64,000 nucleotides of DNA, from positions 2,852,001-2,916,000 of the forward strand of contig OZ024753.1 in NCBI GenBank assembly GCA_964016885.1, given 5' to 3'. Position numbers and translations under genes: made by a program. How positions within the stretch are numbered: the stretch's first letter is position 1; the number at the start of each line of letters is the position of its first letter. Shown piece after piece: positions 53,065-64,000 of this stretch. The DNA comes from Eledone cirrhosa. Taxonomy: Eukaryota. A model generated the notes under the pieces. The model was not told the DNA's origin. It made no database searches and saw only the letters and a program-made list of their open reading frames with translations.

Positions 53065-53618
53065 AAAAGAACTTCTAAACCTTCTGTTCAGGCTACGTCC
53101 ATTGTGACCAAATAAAAAAACAATGAATACACATTTCAGATTTCAGAGAATTACACAAATACCACAAGATTATGGTATAATGGAAGACCATACAGCATGG
53201 AGAATGATCAGAAAGTATGAATGTCTTTGAGAAAAGCAAGTGAAGCATGCTACTTTGAAGTGTTCATTCCATAAGCGGGATCCAAGTGCACTGCCTGCAA
53301 AAATCCAGCAGGAATGTGACCAATTTCTTCTATCAAGAGCTGGATTTATCAACCATCCGAAGTCACAAAAGTCAGTGAGATGGTTCTACCCCCATGCCCT
53401 CCACAGTACATTTGCAGTGAATGTGGCTTAATTTACAAGTCAGCTGGTGAAACACATGAAGACATATCCCAGCCGGTATTATCAAGGAGACAGATAATTC
53501 ATGTGTCACAACTGTGAATGTGCCTGCAAGACAAAAGCAGGTATGGAAATTCACCTGCATGCACATGATTGTGCAATGTTCAATGAAGGGATGGCACTCT
53601 TCAGGGAAGGAGTAGCAA
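53065..53618 (+). mobile_element. Degraded RTE-like LINE 3' end with C-terminal C2H2 zinc fingers
   Basis: Reads MEDHTAWRMI..EKQVKHATLK.., then FMCHNCECACKTKAGMEIHLHAH (53498-53566); contains stops and frameshifts. Confidence 0.6.
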
Positions 53619-53621
53619 TCT

Positions 53622-53660
<39 letters not shown>

Positions 53661-53666
53661 TGTAAA

Positions 53667-53773
53667 TAATTGTTTCTTCTTTCGGCACAAGGCCAGCAAC
53701 TACCCAGTGCATTACTGGTACTTTATTTTATCGACCCCCGTAAGGATGAAAGGCAAAGTTAACTTCGACGGGA
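53667..53773 (-). mobile_element. Deu/Nin-like SINE (truncated)
   Basis: Reverse complement of the core and tail. Confidence 0.85.
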
Positions 53774-53774
53774 T

Positions 53775-53963
53775 GAAGGAAATGTGGTAAGGAACCAGGT
53801 GGACCATAACGCACCAAAGTACTCAATACTTAGGGTAGTAGAGTGGGTAATAGGAACGAGTATGACCCCGACGGCTGAGCTCAAGTTTTTTTTTTTTTTT
53901 TTTTTTTAGTCCAGAATTAGCTGTCGAAACGGCTTGAGCTCAGCCATTGGGGTCCTACTCGTT

Positions 53964-53968
<5 letters not shown>
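53775..53968 (+). mobile_element. Unclassified repeat with internal inverted arms around poly-T
   Basis: ATAGGAACGAGTATGACCCCGACGGCTGAGCTCAAG / CTTGAGCTCAGCCATTGGGGTCCTACTCGTTCCTAT; homologous to 5559-5688. Confidence 0.7.
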
Positions 53969-54014
<46 letters not shown>

Positions 54015-54409
54015 TAGAAAATTCAACAAGGAAAAATAAAACAGAGTAATATGATGTTGATATATTAGTTTACTGGTTGTTATTGTTGGAAAGGAGTTTT
54101 GATGTTTTGGATACTAGTCCTTCTTCAAAAGTTGGAAGAATAAAAAGGAAAACAGACAAGAGTAAAAACAATAACAGGGAAAAGAATAGAGAAAAGAGAA
54201 GCACAGAATGTTGAAGCACATGTTGTGTATGATGGGTTTCCTTGCAGATTCTGTCTACAAAATTCCTTCACAAAGCATTGGTTGACCCAGGGATATAGAA
54301 GATGAGAGATAGTAGATGACACTTGCTCAAGCAGCCCTGCAGTGTGATAGAACTCAATACCATCTGGCTGCAAAGTGAATTTCTTAACCATACAACCATG
54401 CAGTGATTA

Positions 54410-54920
54410 TGAGAGAGAGAGGGGGTGGAGAAGGAGTGAGAAATAGATAGGAAGTGAGAGATGGAGAGGGAGTGAGAAAGATGGTGAGAGAGATAGAGGT
54501 GGCAAAGGAGAGAGAGAGGGAGAGTTGGAAAGTGATAGAGAGAGAGGTGGAGAGTGATAGAGAGAGGTGTAGAGAGAGGGAGTGAGGTGGGGAGTGAGAG
54601 AGGTGGCGAGGAGATGGAGAGGTGCAGAGAGTGAAAGAGGTTGAGTGTGAAAGAGAGAGAGGTGGAGACGGAGAGAGAGAGAGAGAGAGAGGTGAAGTGT
54701 TAATGAGAGAGGTGGAGAGGTAGAGAGGGATGGAGAAGAAGGTAGAGTGATAAAGAGTGCAAGAGAGAGAGGTGGTGGGTGACAGAGGTGGAGAGGGAGT
54801 GAGGAGGAGAAAGTGAGAGAGATGTGGCGTGGTAGAGAGGAAGGGAGAGGCGGCCATAGGTGTGGAAAGAGAGAGGCGGTGATAGGTGTGGGGAGAGAGA
54901 GCTAGAGTGGTAAGAGGGAG
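54410..54920. repeat. GA-rich low-complexity tract
   Basis: Purine-rich degenerate GA repeats. Confidence 0.85.
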
Positions 54921-55227
54921 TTATGTAAATGAACAAATAGATAGTTAAGTGGACAGTTAGAAGAAAACGAGAACAAAAGAAGATGGGTGAGTTTATGTAG
55001 AAGAGGAGAAAATTAAGAAAAAGACGTCTTTATTCCAATCTTCACACAATATCTATATTTATGAGAACAGTTTGAGACAAATTATCGATCAGTGATCAAA
55101 TCTATGTCATTTCCTATGAAAGTGTAGCATTTAAATTATTGTTGCAAAAATTGGGTCTAGCTACACTAGAGGAATATAAATGGCCGATTATGAAATCAGC
55201 TTCTCGTGAGACAGACAGGTTTGTTCA

Positions 55228-55228
55228 T

Positions 55229-55266
<38 letters not shown>

Positions 55267-55389
55267 ATATGTATGTATATACATATATATATGTATATAT
55301 ATACATATATATATATATGTATATACATATATATATATATGTATATATATATACATATATATGTATATATATACATACACAAATATATG

Positions 55390-55437
<48 letters not shown>

Positions 55438-55848
55438 TACATATATGTATATGGACACACATATATATATGTATATATATACACATATATATATGTATAT
55501 ATATACACATATATATATATGTATAGATAGACATATATATATGTATATATACACATATATATGTATATATATATATATATATACATATATATATACACAT
55601 ATATATGTATATATATATATATATATATACATATATATGTATATATACACATATATATGTATATATACACATATATATGTATATATATATGCATATATAT
55701 ATATATGTATATATACACATATATATATATATATATATATGTATATGTATATGATGATGATGATGATGATGATATGTATATGTATATATATACATATATA
55801 TATATATTATATATATATATACATATATATTATATATATATATATACA

Positions 55849-55887
<39 letters not shown>

Positions 55888-55940
55888 TATTATATACATA
55901 TATATTATGTATATATATATATATATACACATATATTATG

Positions 55941-55972
<32 letters not shown>

Positions 55973-56010
55973 TTATGTATATATATATATATATATATAC
56001 ACATATATAT

Positions 56011-56047
<37 letters not shown>

Positions 56048-56050
56048 TAT
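55228..56050. repeat. (TG)n/(TA)n complex microsatellite
   Basis: Visible directly. Confidence 0.95.
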
Positions 56051-56671
56051 AATGTATGTACACACATGCAGACATACATACATACATACATACACACACT
56101 CATAACTGTTAGACTATGACTATATGAATATCAGTGAGTTCATGTATGTGTATATAATCACACACATGCATACACACACTCATAACTGTTTGACTATGAC
56201 CATATGAATAACTGTGTCTGCATGTATGTATATGTAGACACACACATACACACATATATACATATATTTCATGGTGTCTAGCCAGATTAATATCTGTGTG
56301 TATATAGATGAACAGTTATATATGCACATATATTTCTTGGTGTATAACCATATGAATGTGCATACATATTTGCACACTTATAAACTTGCTAGAGTGTGAT
56401 AGCAAGTGTATGTATGTGTATGAGTGTAAGGCTGTTTATATGATTATGACTATATATATTATATAGTCAATATGTATGTATTTGTGTATTTTTACATATA
56501 TTATTAAGCATGTGTATACGTAATGTATGGTATTGAATGCGTATAATGAATTAGCAGTATGTATTTCCAATACTGCTATAAGTTGCTTCAAAGTTACACT
56601 TCTCAGCCTCCTCCTCCACACCATCACCACCATCATCCTTATCCCCGCCCATTCAACAACACTTTATTCTG

Positions 56672-56706
<35 letters not shown>

Positions 56707-56799
56707 CGGAGCGATCGACTTTCGTCAAATCGGACCGAGGAAACAATGTTTCCGTTGGTCTTTCCAGTTGCTAGTACTATCTATCGGTCGCAACTCCAG

Positions 56800-56926
56800 G
56801 TAGAAGGAGCAACGTGAAATAAAGTGTCTTGCTCAAGGACATAACGCATCGCCCGGTCCAGGAATCAAACTCACAACCTCAAGATTGTGAATCCAATTCT
56901 CTAACCACTCGGCCACACGCCTTCAC
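56800..56926 (-). mobile_element. CORE/V-like SINE 5' half
   Basis: GAGCAACGTGAAATAAAGTGTCTTGCTCAAGGAC...AACCACTCGGCCACACGCCTTCAC. Confidence 0.85.
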
Positions 56927-57540
56927 TATATATTTATATATATATGTATACATATATATATGTATATATACATATATATATGTGTATATATACACATATA
57001 TATATATATGTATATATATGTATATATATGTATATATATACATATATATGTGTATATATATACATATATATGTGTATATATACACATATATATATATATG
57101 TATATATATGTATATATATGTATATATATACATATATATATATATGTATATATATACATATATATATATATATATGTATATATATACATATATATATATA
57201 TGTATATATATGCATATATATATATGTATATATATACATATATATATATGTATATATATGCATATATATATATATACATATACGTATATATATATATACG
57301 TATATATATATATATATACGTATATATATATATATGTATATATATTGTTATACTTTGGGAGGGTCATGTTGCCAATAAGAAACACACGCACCAGTTGCTT
57401 TCACTTCAATTTATTATATATTTATATATTTACAAATTCATAAATCTATAAATTTCTGGTTGGTTGGTTGGTTCCACAACCAGATAGTTGTTTATATATA
57501 GTCATAGTCCTTTCGTCACACACTCTGTGACCTCTTCAGT

Positions 57541-58094
57541 GACTGGTATGATAGCAATGACTACCAGAGTGTAATGTTCATCGAGGCGAACTAGCCTACA
57601 AATTTAGAAGGGCCCTAAATAAACATAAACTCAATATTAAGATAGTAGAAAGACCAGGTACCTCCATAAAAACACTTATTAGCAAGACATACCCTTTTCA
57701 AAGACCCTCATGTATAGATAAGAAATGTATAACCTGTAAAATAAGCCCCCATATTAACTGTAAAACTAGAAATGTAGTGTATAGCATAAGATGTACTGGA
57801 GGACAATGTAGAAACAAAAATATAGTGTACACAGGTGACACAGCTCGTAGTATAGGGGAACGGATAAATGAACACTGGCGAGACCTTCAAGATAATAAAG
57901 AATCATCTGTACTCTACCAACATGCTAAGATAGAACACAAGGGTAAATTAGAGAACATAGAAATAAAAATAGAATCTACACACAGAAAAGATGCAATGTT
58001 TAGACAAATTACAGAGGCAATAAACATAAAAGAATTACAACCAAAATTAAATAGAAAATATGAGTGGAACAGCAACATCACAACTTACAATTAA
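57541..58094 (+). pseudogene. PLE ORF C-terminal fragment: RT thumb/linker, Cys-rich linker and GIY-YIG endonuclease
   Basis: Reads DWYDSNDYQSVMFIEA (frameshift) ELAYKFRRAL..KIVERPGTSIKTLISKTYPF..CIDKKCITC..NCKTRNVVYSIRC...YTGDTARSIGERINEH...RQITEAINI..PKLNRKYEW. Confidence 0.9.
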
Positions 58095-58309
58095 GGACAA
58101 AATGAAAACACACACACACATAGAACAAACAACCAACCAATAACATGTAAATAAATAAATAAATAAACAAATAGATAAATGAACATAAACACACACAGAC
58201 ACCAGGATGTGGCGCATGCACAAACTGAGCACACAACACACACAACACAGAAACAAAATGGCGTAGGACAGAAAAAAGGAGAGGCACAGAAACAAAGAAA
58301 GGAATCGCC

Positions 58310-58354
58310 AGTCACTGAAGACGTCACAGAGTGTATGACGAAAGGACTATGACT
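58310..58354 (+). ncRNA. Minimal type I hammerhead ribozyme motif (mirror copy at 57500-57544 on the minus strand)
   Basis: Stem I AGTCA/TGACT; CTGAAGA; stem II GTCA/TGAC; GAAA-GGAC-TA (CUA triplet). Confidence 0.75.
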
Positions 58355-58578
58355 ATATATAAACAACTATCTGGTTGTGGAACCAACCAACCAACCAGAA
58401 ATTTATAGATTTATGAATTTGTAAATTTATAAATATATAATAAATTGAAGTGAAAGCAACTGGTGCGTGTGTTTCTTATTGGCAACATGACCCTCCCAAA
58501 GTATAACAATATCGGTTTCAACACACGATTTCAGATAAAGAATCTTGCTAAACAAATTCAGAAACGAAATATGTATAT

Positions 58579-58611
<33 letters not shown>

Positions 58612-58707
58612 TATATATATACATATACGTATATATATATATATAAATATATGTATATATACATATACATATATATATGTATATATATGTTATATATATA
58701 TATAACA

Positions 58708-58759
<52 letters not shown>

Positions 58760-58855
58760 CAGATATATATATATACAGATATATATATGTATATATACAG
58801 ATATATATATGTATGTATATATTATATATATATATATATACGTATAGGAACGATC

Positions 58856-58905
<50 letters not shown>

Positions 58906-58940
58906 ATATATATATATATATATATGTGTATATAGATATA

Positions 58941-59227
58941 TATTAGAGATAAGAGGGATCAGATGTTGTTTACTCGAGAGAAGGCTACGTTGGTATGGAC
59001 ACGTGATGCGCATGAAAGTCGATAGCTGTATAACAAAGTGCAGGGCAATAAAGATAGACGGTAGCCACGGAATAGGCAGACCTAGAAAAACCTGGGACGA
59101 GCTGATAAACTCCGACCTCACACACTTACACCTCTCCAAGACAATGTCACTGGACCGAGACCTTTGGCGGTACTCAGTAACAGAGAAGACCCGCCTTGCC
59201 AGTAGGCATCTCTAACAAAATACACCC
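58941..59227 (+). mobile_element. RTE LINE 3' fragment
   Basis: Reads [39 protein letters not shown]. Confidence 0.9.
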
Positions 59228-59269
59228 CGTCCCACCACCACCACCCCCACCCCATCCACACCACCCCGT

Positions 59270-59575
59270 CCTATGTAAAGTTATGTTGGTGCCGCGCCAT
59301 CCGGGCCGAAACAAATGAGATCGTGTAGGTGTCACGACAAAAAAACACACAGTCCACGCTGTAATGTGGCCGTGTAGGCAACACGGTAAAAACCTCCCAG
59401 ACCCACACTGTAAATGTGGTTGGTGTTAGGAAGGGCATCCAACTGTAGAAAACCTGCCAGACAGTCCTATGCGAGCAAGACAATCACTCTTGCCTCAAGT
59501 GGGACTACCCCCGTCCAAACCCATGCAAGCGTGGAACACGGACGTTAAACGTTGATGATGATGATGATGATGATG
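59270..59575 (+). mobile_element. Meta-like SINE with a (GAT)n tail
   Basis: GTAAATGTGGTTGGTGTTAGGAAGGGCATCCAACTGTAGAAAA...GGACGTTAAACGTT(GAT)n. Confidence 0.85.
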
Positions 59576-59709
59576 TATATATATATATATGTATATATAT
59601 GGAAAAGAATGAAACGAAATTTCATTTCTCACTCTTAGTAAGGCTGTTACTTATATAAGTATGTATACGCACATACATATATGTGTACAATCATCTGACA
59701 GAAAGGTAT

Positions 59710-59752
59710 ATGTTGCTGACGATAGCTAATAAGCTTGAAACTAGTACATCGT
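59710..59752 (+). ncRNA. Minimal hammerhead motif (copy 1, stem I partly mutated)
   Basis: ATGTTG-CTGACGA-TAGCTAATAAGCTT-GAAA-CTAG-TA-CATCGT. Confidence 0.65.
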
Positions 59753-60129
59753 TCCTGTGTCAGTGTTGAACAAAAGGGCAACGATGTTTGCTGAGCAGTG
59801 TACGGTGTAATTCAGGTTGTTTGTTTACAAACAAACCAAACATTATAATAAATGTTTGGTAAACCCATACGTACATATATATATATATGTGTGCATGTAT
59901 GTATAAATACACATACTACTGTATGTCTGTACACATATATCTATGTGCGTAAACATACTTATATTTAGTTATCAGCAGTACTAAGAGTGAGAAACGGAAT
60001 TTCCCATTTATCGTTTTCGGTACACCGGGCCGACTAACTCATTCGATATGCAAATTAGGCTGCTCAGCCGTTAATATGCATAAGGAAAGTATATATTTTC
60101 AAACGTTCAATCATCTGACAGAAAGGTAT

Positions 60130-60172
60130 ACGATGCTGATGATAGCTAATAAGCTTGAAACTAGTACATCGT
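60130..60172 (+). ncRNA. Minimal hammerhead motif (copy 2, intact)
   Basis: Stem I ACGATG/CATCGT; CTGATGA; stem II AGCT/AGCT; GAAA; palindromic ACTAGT; GUA triplet. Confidence 0.8.
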
Positions 60173-60399
60173 TCCTGTGTCAGTGTTGAACAAAAGGGCG
60201 ACGATGGTTGCCGAGCACTGTAAGGCATAATTCGGGCTGTTTTTTTACAAACAAACCGAACATTATAATAAATGTTCGGTAAACCCATACGTACATATAT
60301 ATATGTGTGCATGTATGTATATATACATACTACTGTACGCCTGTACACATATATGTATGTGCGTATACATTATATGTATATATATATATATATATATAC

Positions 60400-60847
60400 A
60401 TATAAACACACAAATATATAAATATATATATATATGTGTGTGTGTGTGTATATATATATGTATATATATGTATATATATGTATATATATATATGTATGTA
60501 TATTTATAATAAGTTGACGGGACTAGCATGAGTTATTATATTCATGTTATTATATATATATATATTTATATAAGGCGAGAGAGAGATGCATACATACACA
60601 TATATGCATAAATATATATGTATACAGACAAATACACACAGAAAAAACAAACACCCGACAATGCTTTAATATATGTAAAAATGTTGTGTTTGCTTTTTTA
60701 TTTTTTTTATAAGTATATATATATATATATATAAACACACAAATATATAAATATATATATGTGTGTGTGTATATATATGTATATATATATGTATGTATAT
60801 ATATAATAAGTTGACAGGTCTAGCAAAAGTTATTATATTCATGTTTT

Positions 60848-60906
<59 letters not shown>

Positions 60907-61030
60907 AGAGAGAGAGATGCATATATACACATACATGCATAAATATATATGTATACAGACAAATACACACAGAAAAAACAAACACCCGACAATGCTTTAA
61001 TATATGTAAAAATGTTGTGTTTGCTTTTTA
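60400..61030. repeat. ~330-bp tandem duplication
   Basis: ACACAGAAAAAACAAACACCCGACAATGCTTTAATATATGTAAAAATGTTGTGTTTGC occurs at ~60635 and ~60967. Confidence 0.9.
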
Positions 61031-61454
61031 ATTTTTTTTTTTTTTTTAATTATTGAAAAAGACAATGTTTTATGAAAATTTCTTTTTGACAGTATTAAAT
61101 ACTAAAAGAAGTAAAACACACAGAAAAACAATATAACCAAAAATGTCTGGACTTGTGTAAATATTAAGAAAACATAGCCACTATTTCATCAATTTCAGTT
61201 TACAAACTCTCCCAGACATTCAAAGTGCAACACCAATATATAATTTCGTCTTTCATAAATTCGTTTCTTTTTTAAATTCTATATACCATTTTTTTAAATG
61301 TATATTTTCTTATAATATATATTTTTATAAAGTCATATGAACATTTGATAAATAGAAACACAAACTGCTGATTTCTTTTGTCTAGGTATCAAAAGCCATA
61401 ATGCTGAAAGAATGGTTATACATCCTTTAACGTCTATTTACCAGAAGAATTATA

Positions 61455-61610
61455 ATTATTTCTAATTCGGCACAAAACATGCAAATTGTGGGAGAGGAAA
61501 GTCCATTATATTGACCCCAGTACTTGACTGGTACATTATTTTATCAATCGCAGAATGATGAAAGGCAAAGTTGACTTCAGTGGAATTTAATTTCAGAATG
61601 TAAAGAGTAA
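61455..61610 (-). mobile_element. Old Deu/Nin-like SINE
   Basis: TTGACCCCAGTACTTGACTGGTAC..GATGAAAGGCAAAGTTGAC. Confidence 0.75.
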
Positions 61611-61774
61611 GGATAAATATAAATTTTCATTGTCACATTTTCGATAATAAATGAAGATCATTCATTTTCTAGCCCAGCAAAGTTTAAAATGATAAGATAT
61701 ATTCCAAAATAGGTTTCAACAGTGCATTCTTTGAAATAAAAGAGAGGTGTCTCTGGTGGTAAAGTCATACAGTA

Positions 61775-62126
61775 TTTCCTGGTGAATATTGACAGAACAA
61801 TCAAGGCCAACAGACCTGATATAATTGTGAAGGACCATAAAGAGAAAATATGTTTCTTAATTAACATGAGCATTCTATCAGTTCGTAACATCTCCTCAAA
61901 AGAGTTCAGAAAGCTCAGTAAGTATAAAGATTTAGCAATTGAAATTGAGAAAATGTAGCATCTTAAGACCAGTACAATACCAAGGGTAATTGGTGCACTT
62001 GGAATGATAAAAAAGGGAGCTGAAAAATATTTGGTCTGGATACCTGGAAAGCCATCTCTGCAAGAAATACAGAAAATAGTGCCTACTGGTATTGTCCATG
62101 TCCTGAGAAGGACATTATCAATTTAA
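61775..62126 (+). mobile_element. R4/Dong-clade LINE restriction-like endonuclease C-terminus (degraded)
   Basis: Reads DRTIKANRPDIIVKDHKEKICFLINMSI...KEFRKLSKYKDLAIEIEKM*..IPRVIGALG..IQKIVPTGIVHVLRRTL*. Confidence 0.85.
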
Positions 62127-62481
62127 ATACCTTGCAAAGACATTTACTGTTGTTGTGCCCTTGTGGCGTCATTTGTATGACAATTGATTGTAAAATGTGT
62201 GTATTATAACATTTTGGTTCAGGTGTCAACTGGGCATGATTTGGGAAAGAAACAGAATTCAAAGAAAGTCTAGCTTGTCCCCATCATTTATCTTGAAGAG
62301 TTTCCAAGGCTGGCTGAAGACCATCAGCCCACCCACCTGTTTTGGAACATATCAAAAGGCAAGGATCCTCCAATATGTCCTGGTAACAGCTTGATATTCA
62401 TTAGGGCAACTATTCCAGTTAAATAACATCAATGACTGAGACATCAAGTAAATAATAATAATAGTAAGAATAATAATAATA

Positions 62482-62661
62482 ATGTTTCTAAATTTGGCAA
62501 AAGGCCAGCAATTACCTTGGTGCATTACTGGTGCTTTATTTTATCAACCCTGTAAGGATGAAAGGCAAAGCTAACTTCAGTGGGATTTGAACTCAGAACG
62601 CACAGGACCATAACTCTATGCTGAAAAGCTTAGTGTCTGACGTTCTACCGATACTGCCAAA
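62482..62661 (-). mobile_element. Deu/Nin-like SINE in (TAA)n
   Basis: Reverse complement of the head, core and tail. Confidence 0.85.
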
Positions 62662-64000
62662 TAATAATAATAACAATAATAATAGTGTTGTAATGCAAGC
62701 AAATGAATTTTAACTGGAATTGAAATTGAATTATCTGTTTTGTGACACTCACTACCTATACAACAAAATAGTATTAGTGTAAAAAAATCATCATAGAGAA
62801 TTTATTATAACTTTATAGGAATTTAAAGTTGCCATCCTTGGACTATATTTATATCTGAGGAAGACAACATGATGATGAATTTAATTGTTGTTTTCTTAGT
62901 TTGACATATATTTGATATTAAGCAATGCTTCATTCACTCATTCACCACATAGACACTTTAATGATTTGAGATATTTTTTCCCTCAAACATTATAATTAAA
63001 GACTGACATTAGACAGCCTTTTAATTAGCCCCTTTAAACCATAATTCATGCAGATGGTTGCCTTTTGTGTCTACAGTCCTTGGAAACTCTTAAAACTGCT
63101 TAAAACCTCTTGTTCAAGCTTGTAATTTTGTATCAACATAATTTTCATTATCATTATAATTATCTTAACGAATTTATTTTTGATTGATTTTCTAGCTGTC
63201 ATCAGAGTTGAAATACTTCGTGGTGTATTACATTAAAACTAAAATAATAAATAACATTTAATAAATAAAGAGAGACCAGATTCAATTGACTAGACAACAA
63301 TATATTGTTGGTACTCGTGTAGAAAGTAAATGTTGAGGGAGATATAGGAGAAAGAAATGAGAAGCCATTTTGAATTGCTCTTCTCTTAGTCATTATGTTG
63401 AGTTATGGTAAGGTATATCCAGAGATTTATAAACTTCCATTGAAAACAGTATACCTTTTTTTTTTGCAGTCATTTAATTTGTAATGGAGTGTGAAGAAAA
63501 TTACCCAGGTTCAATGTTCCAAAAGAAAGCAGAGCCAGCTATAGTGAAGAATGATGCAGCAAGTAGAATTTGAGAAATCTGCTGTCTACATTTACAACAA
63601 ACACATTCATTTACTTTACAAAATGATGAGTTGCATGGTTCAAATGTTAGATTTGAAATACAAGAGAAGAATATGGTTTGTACAAGAAAACAAAAGAGGC
63701 TGGAGAGGAATTAAATTAAGATATTCTGTCTTTTGGTATTTTACTTCTTTCAGTCAGCAGACAGTGGCCTTGCTGGGGTGGGGCCTATTTTTAAAGTCTG
63801 GTATTTGTTTTATCGATCACATTTAAGTTGAACCACTAAGTTATGAGACATAAACACAGACAAAAACAAACATAAACAGACACAGTCACACATGCTCACA
63901 TATATACATACACACACACGCATACAGAGAGAGAGGGAGAGAGAGAGAAATCTCACTAAACACTTAAAATTAGATAAACAATCAGAAAGCTTAGCCAAAT

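Larger units (their letters stand above)
57342..58570 (+). mobile_element. 5'-truncated Penelope-like retroelement with an inverted pseudo-LTR
   Basis: ~205-bp inverted arms (57342-57546 / 58308-58512), a GIY-YIG coding fragment between them, a hammerhead motif in the arms, and (TA)n flanks. Confidence 0.92.
59605..60370 (+). mobile_element. PLE-like non-coding element: an inverted partial end followed by two direct repeats (420-bp spacing), each with a hammerhead
   Basis: 59688-59950 matches 60108-60368. 59611-59690 is the inverse of 59925-60003. Confidence 0.75.

Noticed and set aside
62850-62885. CTGAGGAAG hammerhead-like seed
   Set aside because: No GAAA or pairing stems.

Overview
AT-rich, repeat-saturated animal DNA, probably intronic or intergenic. 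The (TA)n/(CA)n/(GTG)n tracts and SINE repertoire suggest a cephalopod, octopus-like genome (inference). I found no intact host gene; nearly all long ORFs in the track are microsatellite read-through. The window holds many minisatellites, tRNA-derived SINEs (Deu/Nin-, CORE/V- and Meta-like domains), 3' fragments of RTE, CRE, R4/Dong and CR1-type LINEs, TTAA-flanked piggyBac-type MITEs, and two copies of a short non-autonomous Helitron. The main signal is a set of Penelope-like element (PLE) remnants in (TA)n tracts. One keeps a GIY-YIG endonuclease fragment between inverted terminal repeats, and about seven apparently distinct terminal-repeat types carry minimal or variant hammerhead ribozyme motifs. 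Two satellites show their origin: a 61-bp array from a CR1/L2-type LINE ORF2 C-terminus and a 22-bp array expanded inside a dispersed repeat. Coordinates were read by eye and may be off by a few bases; family names rest on motif recognition, not database searches.
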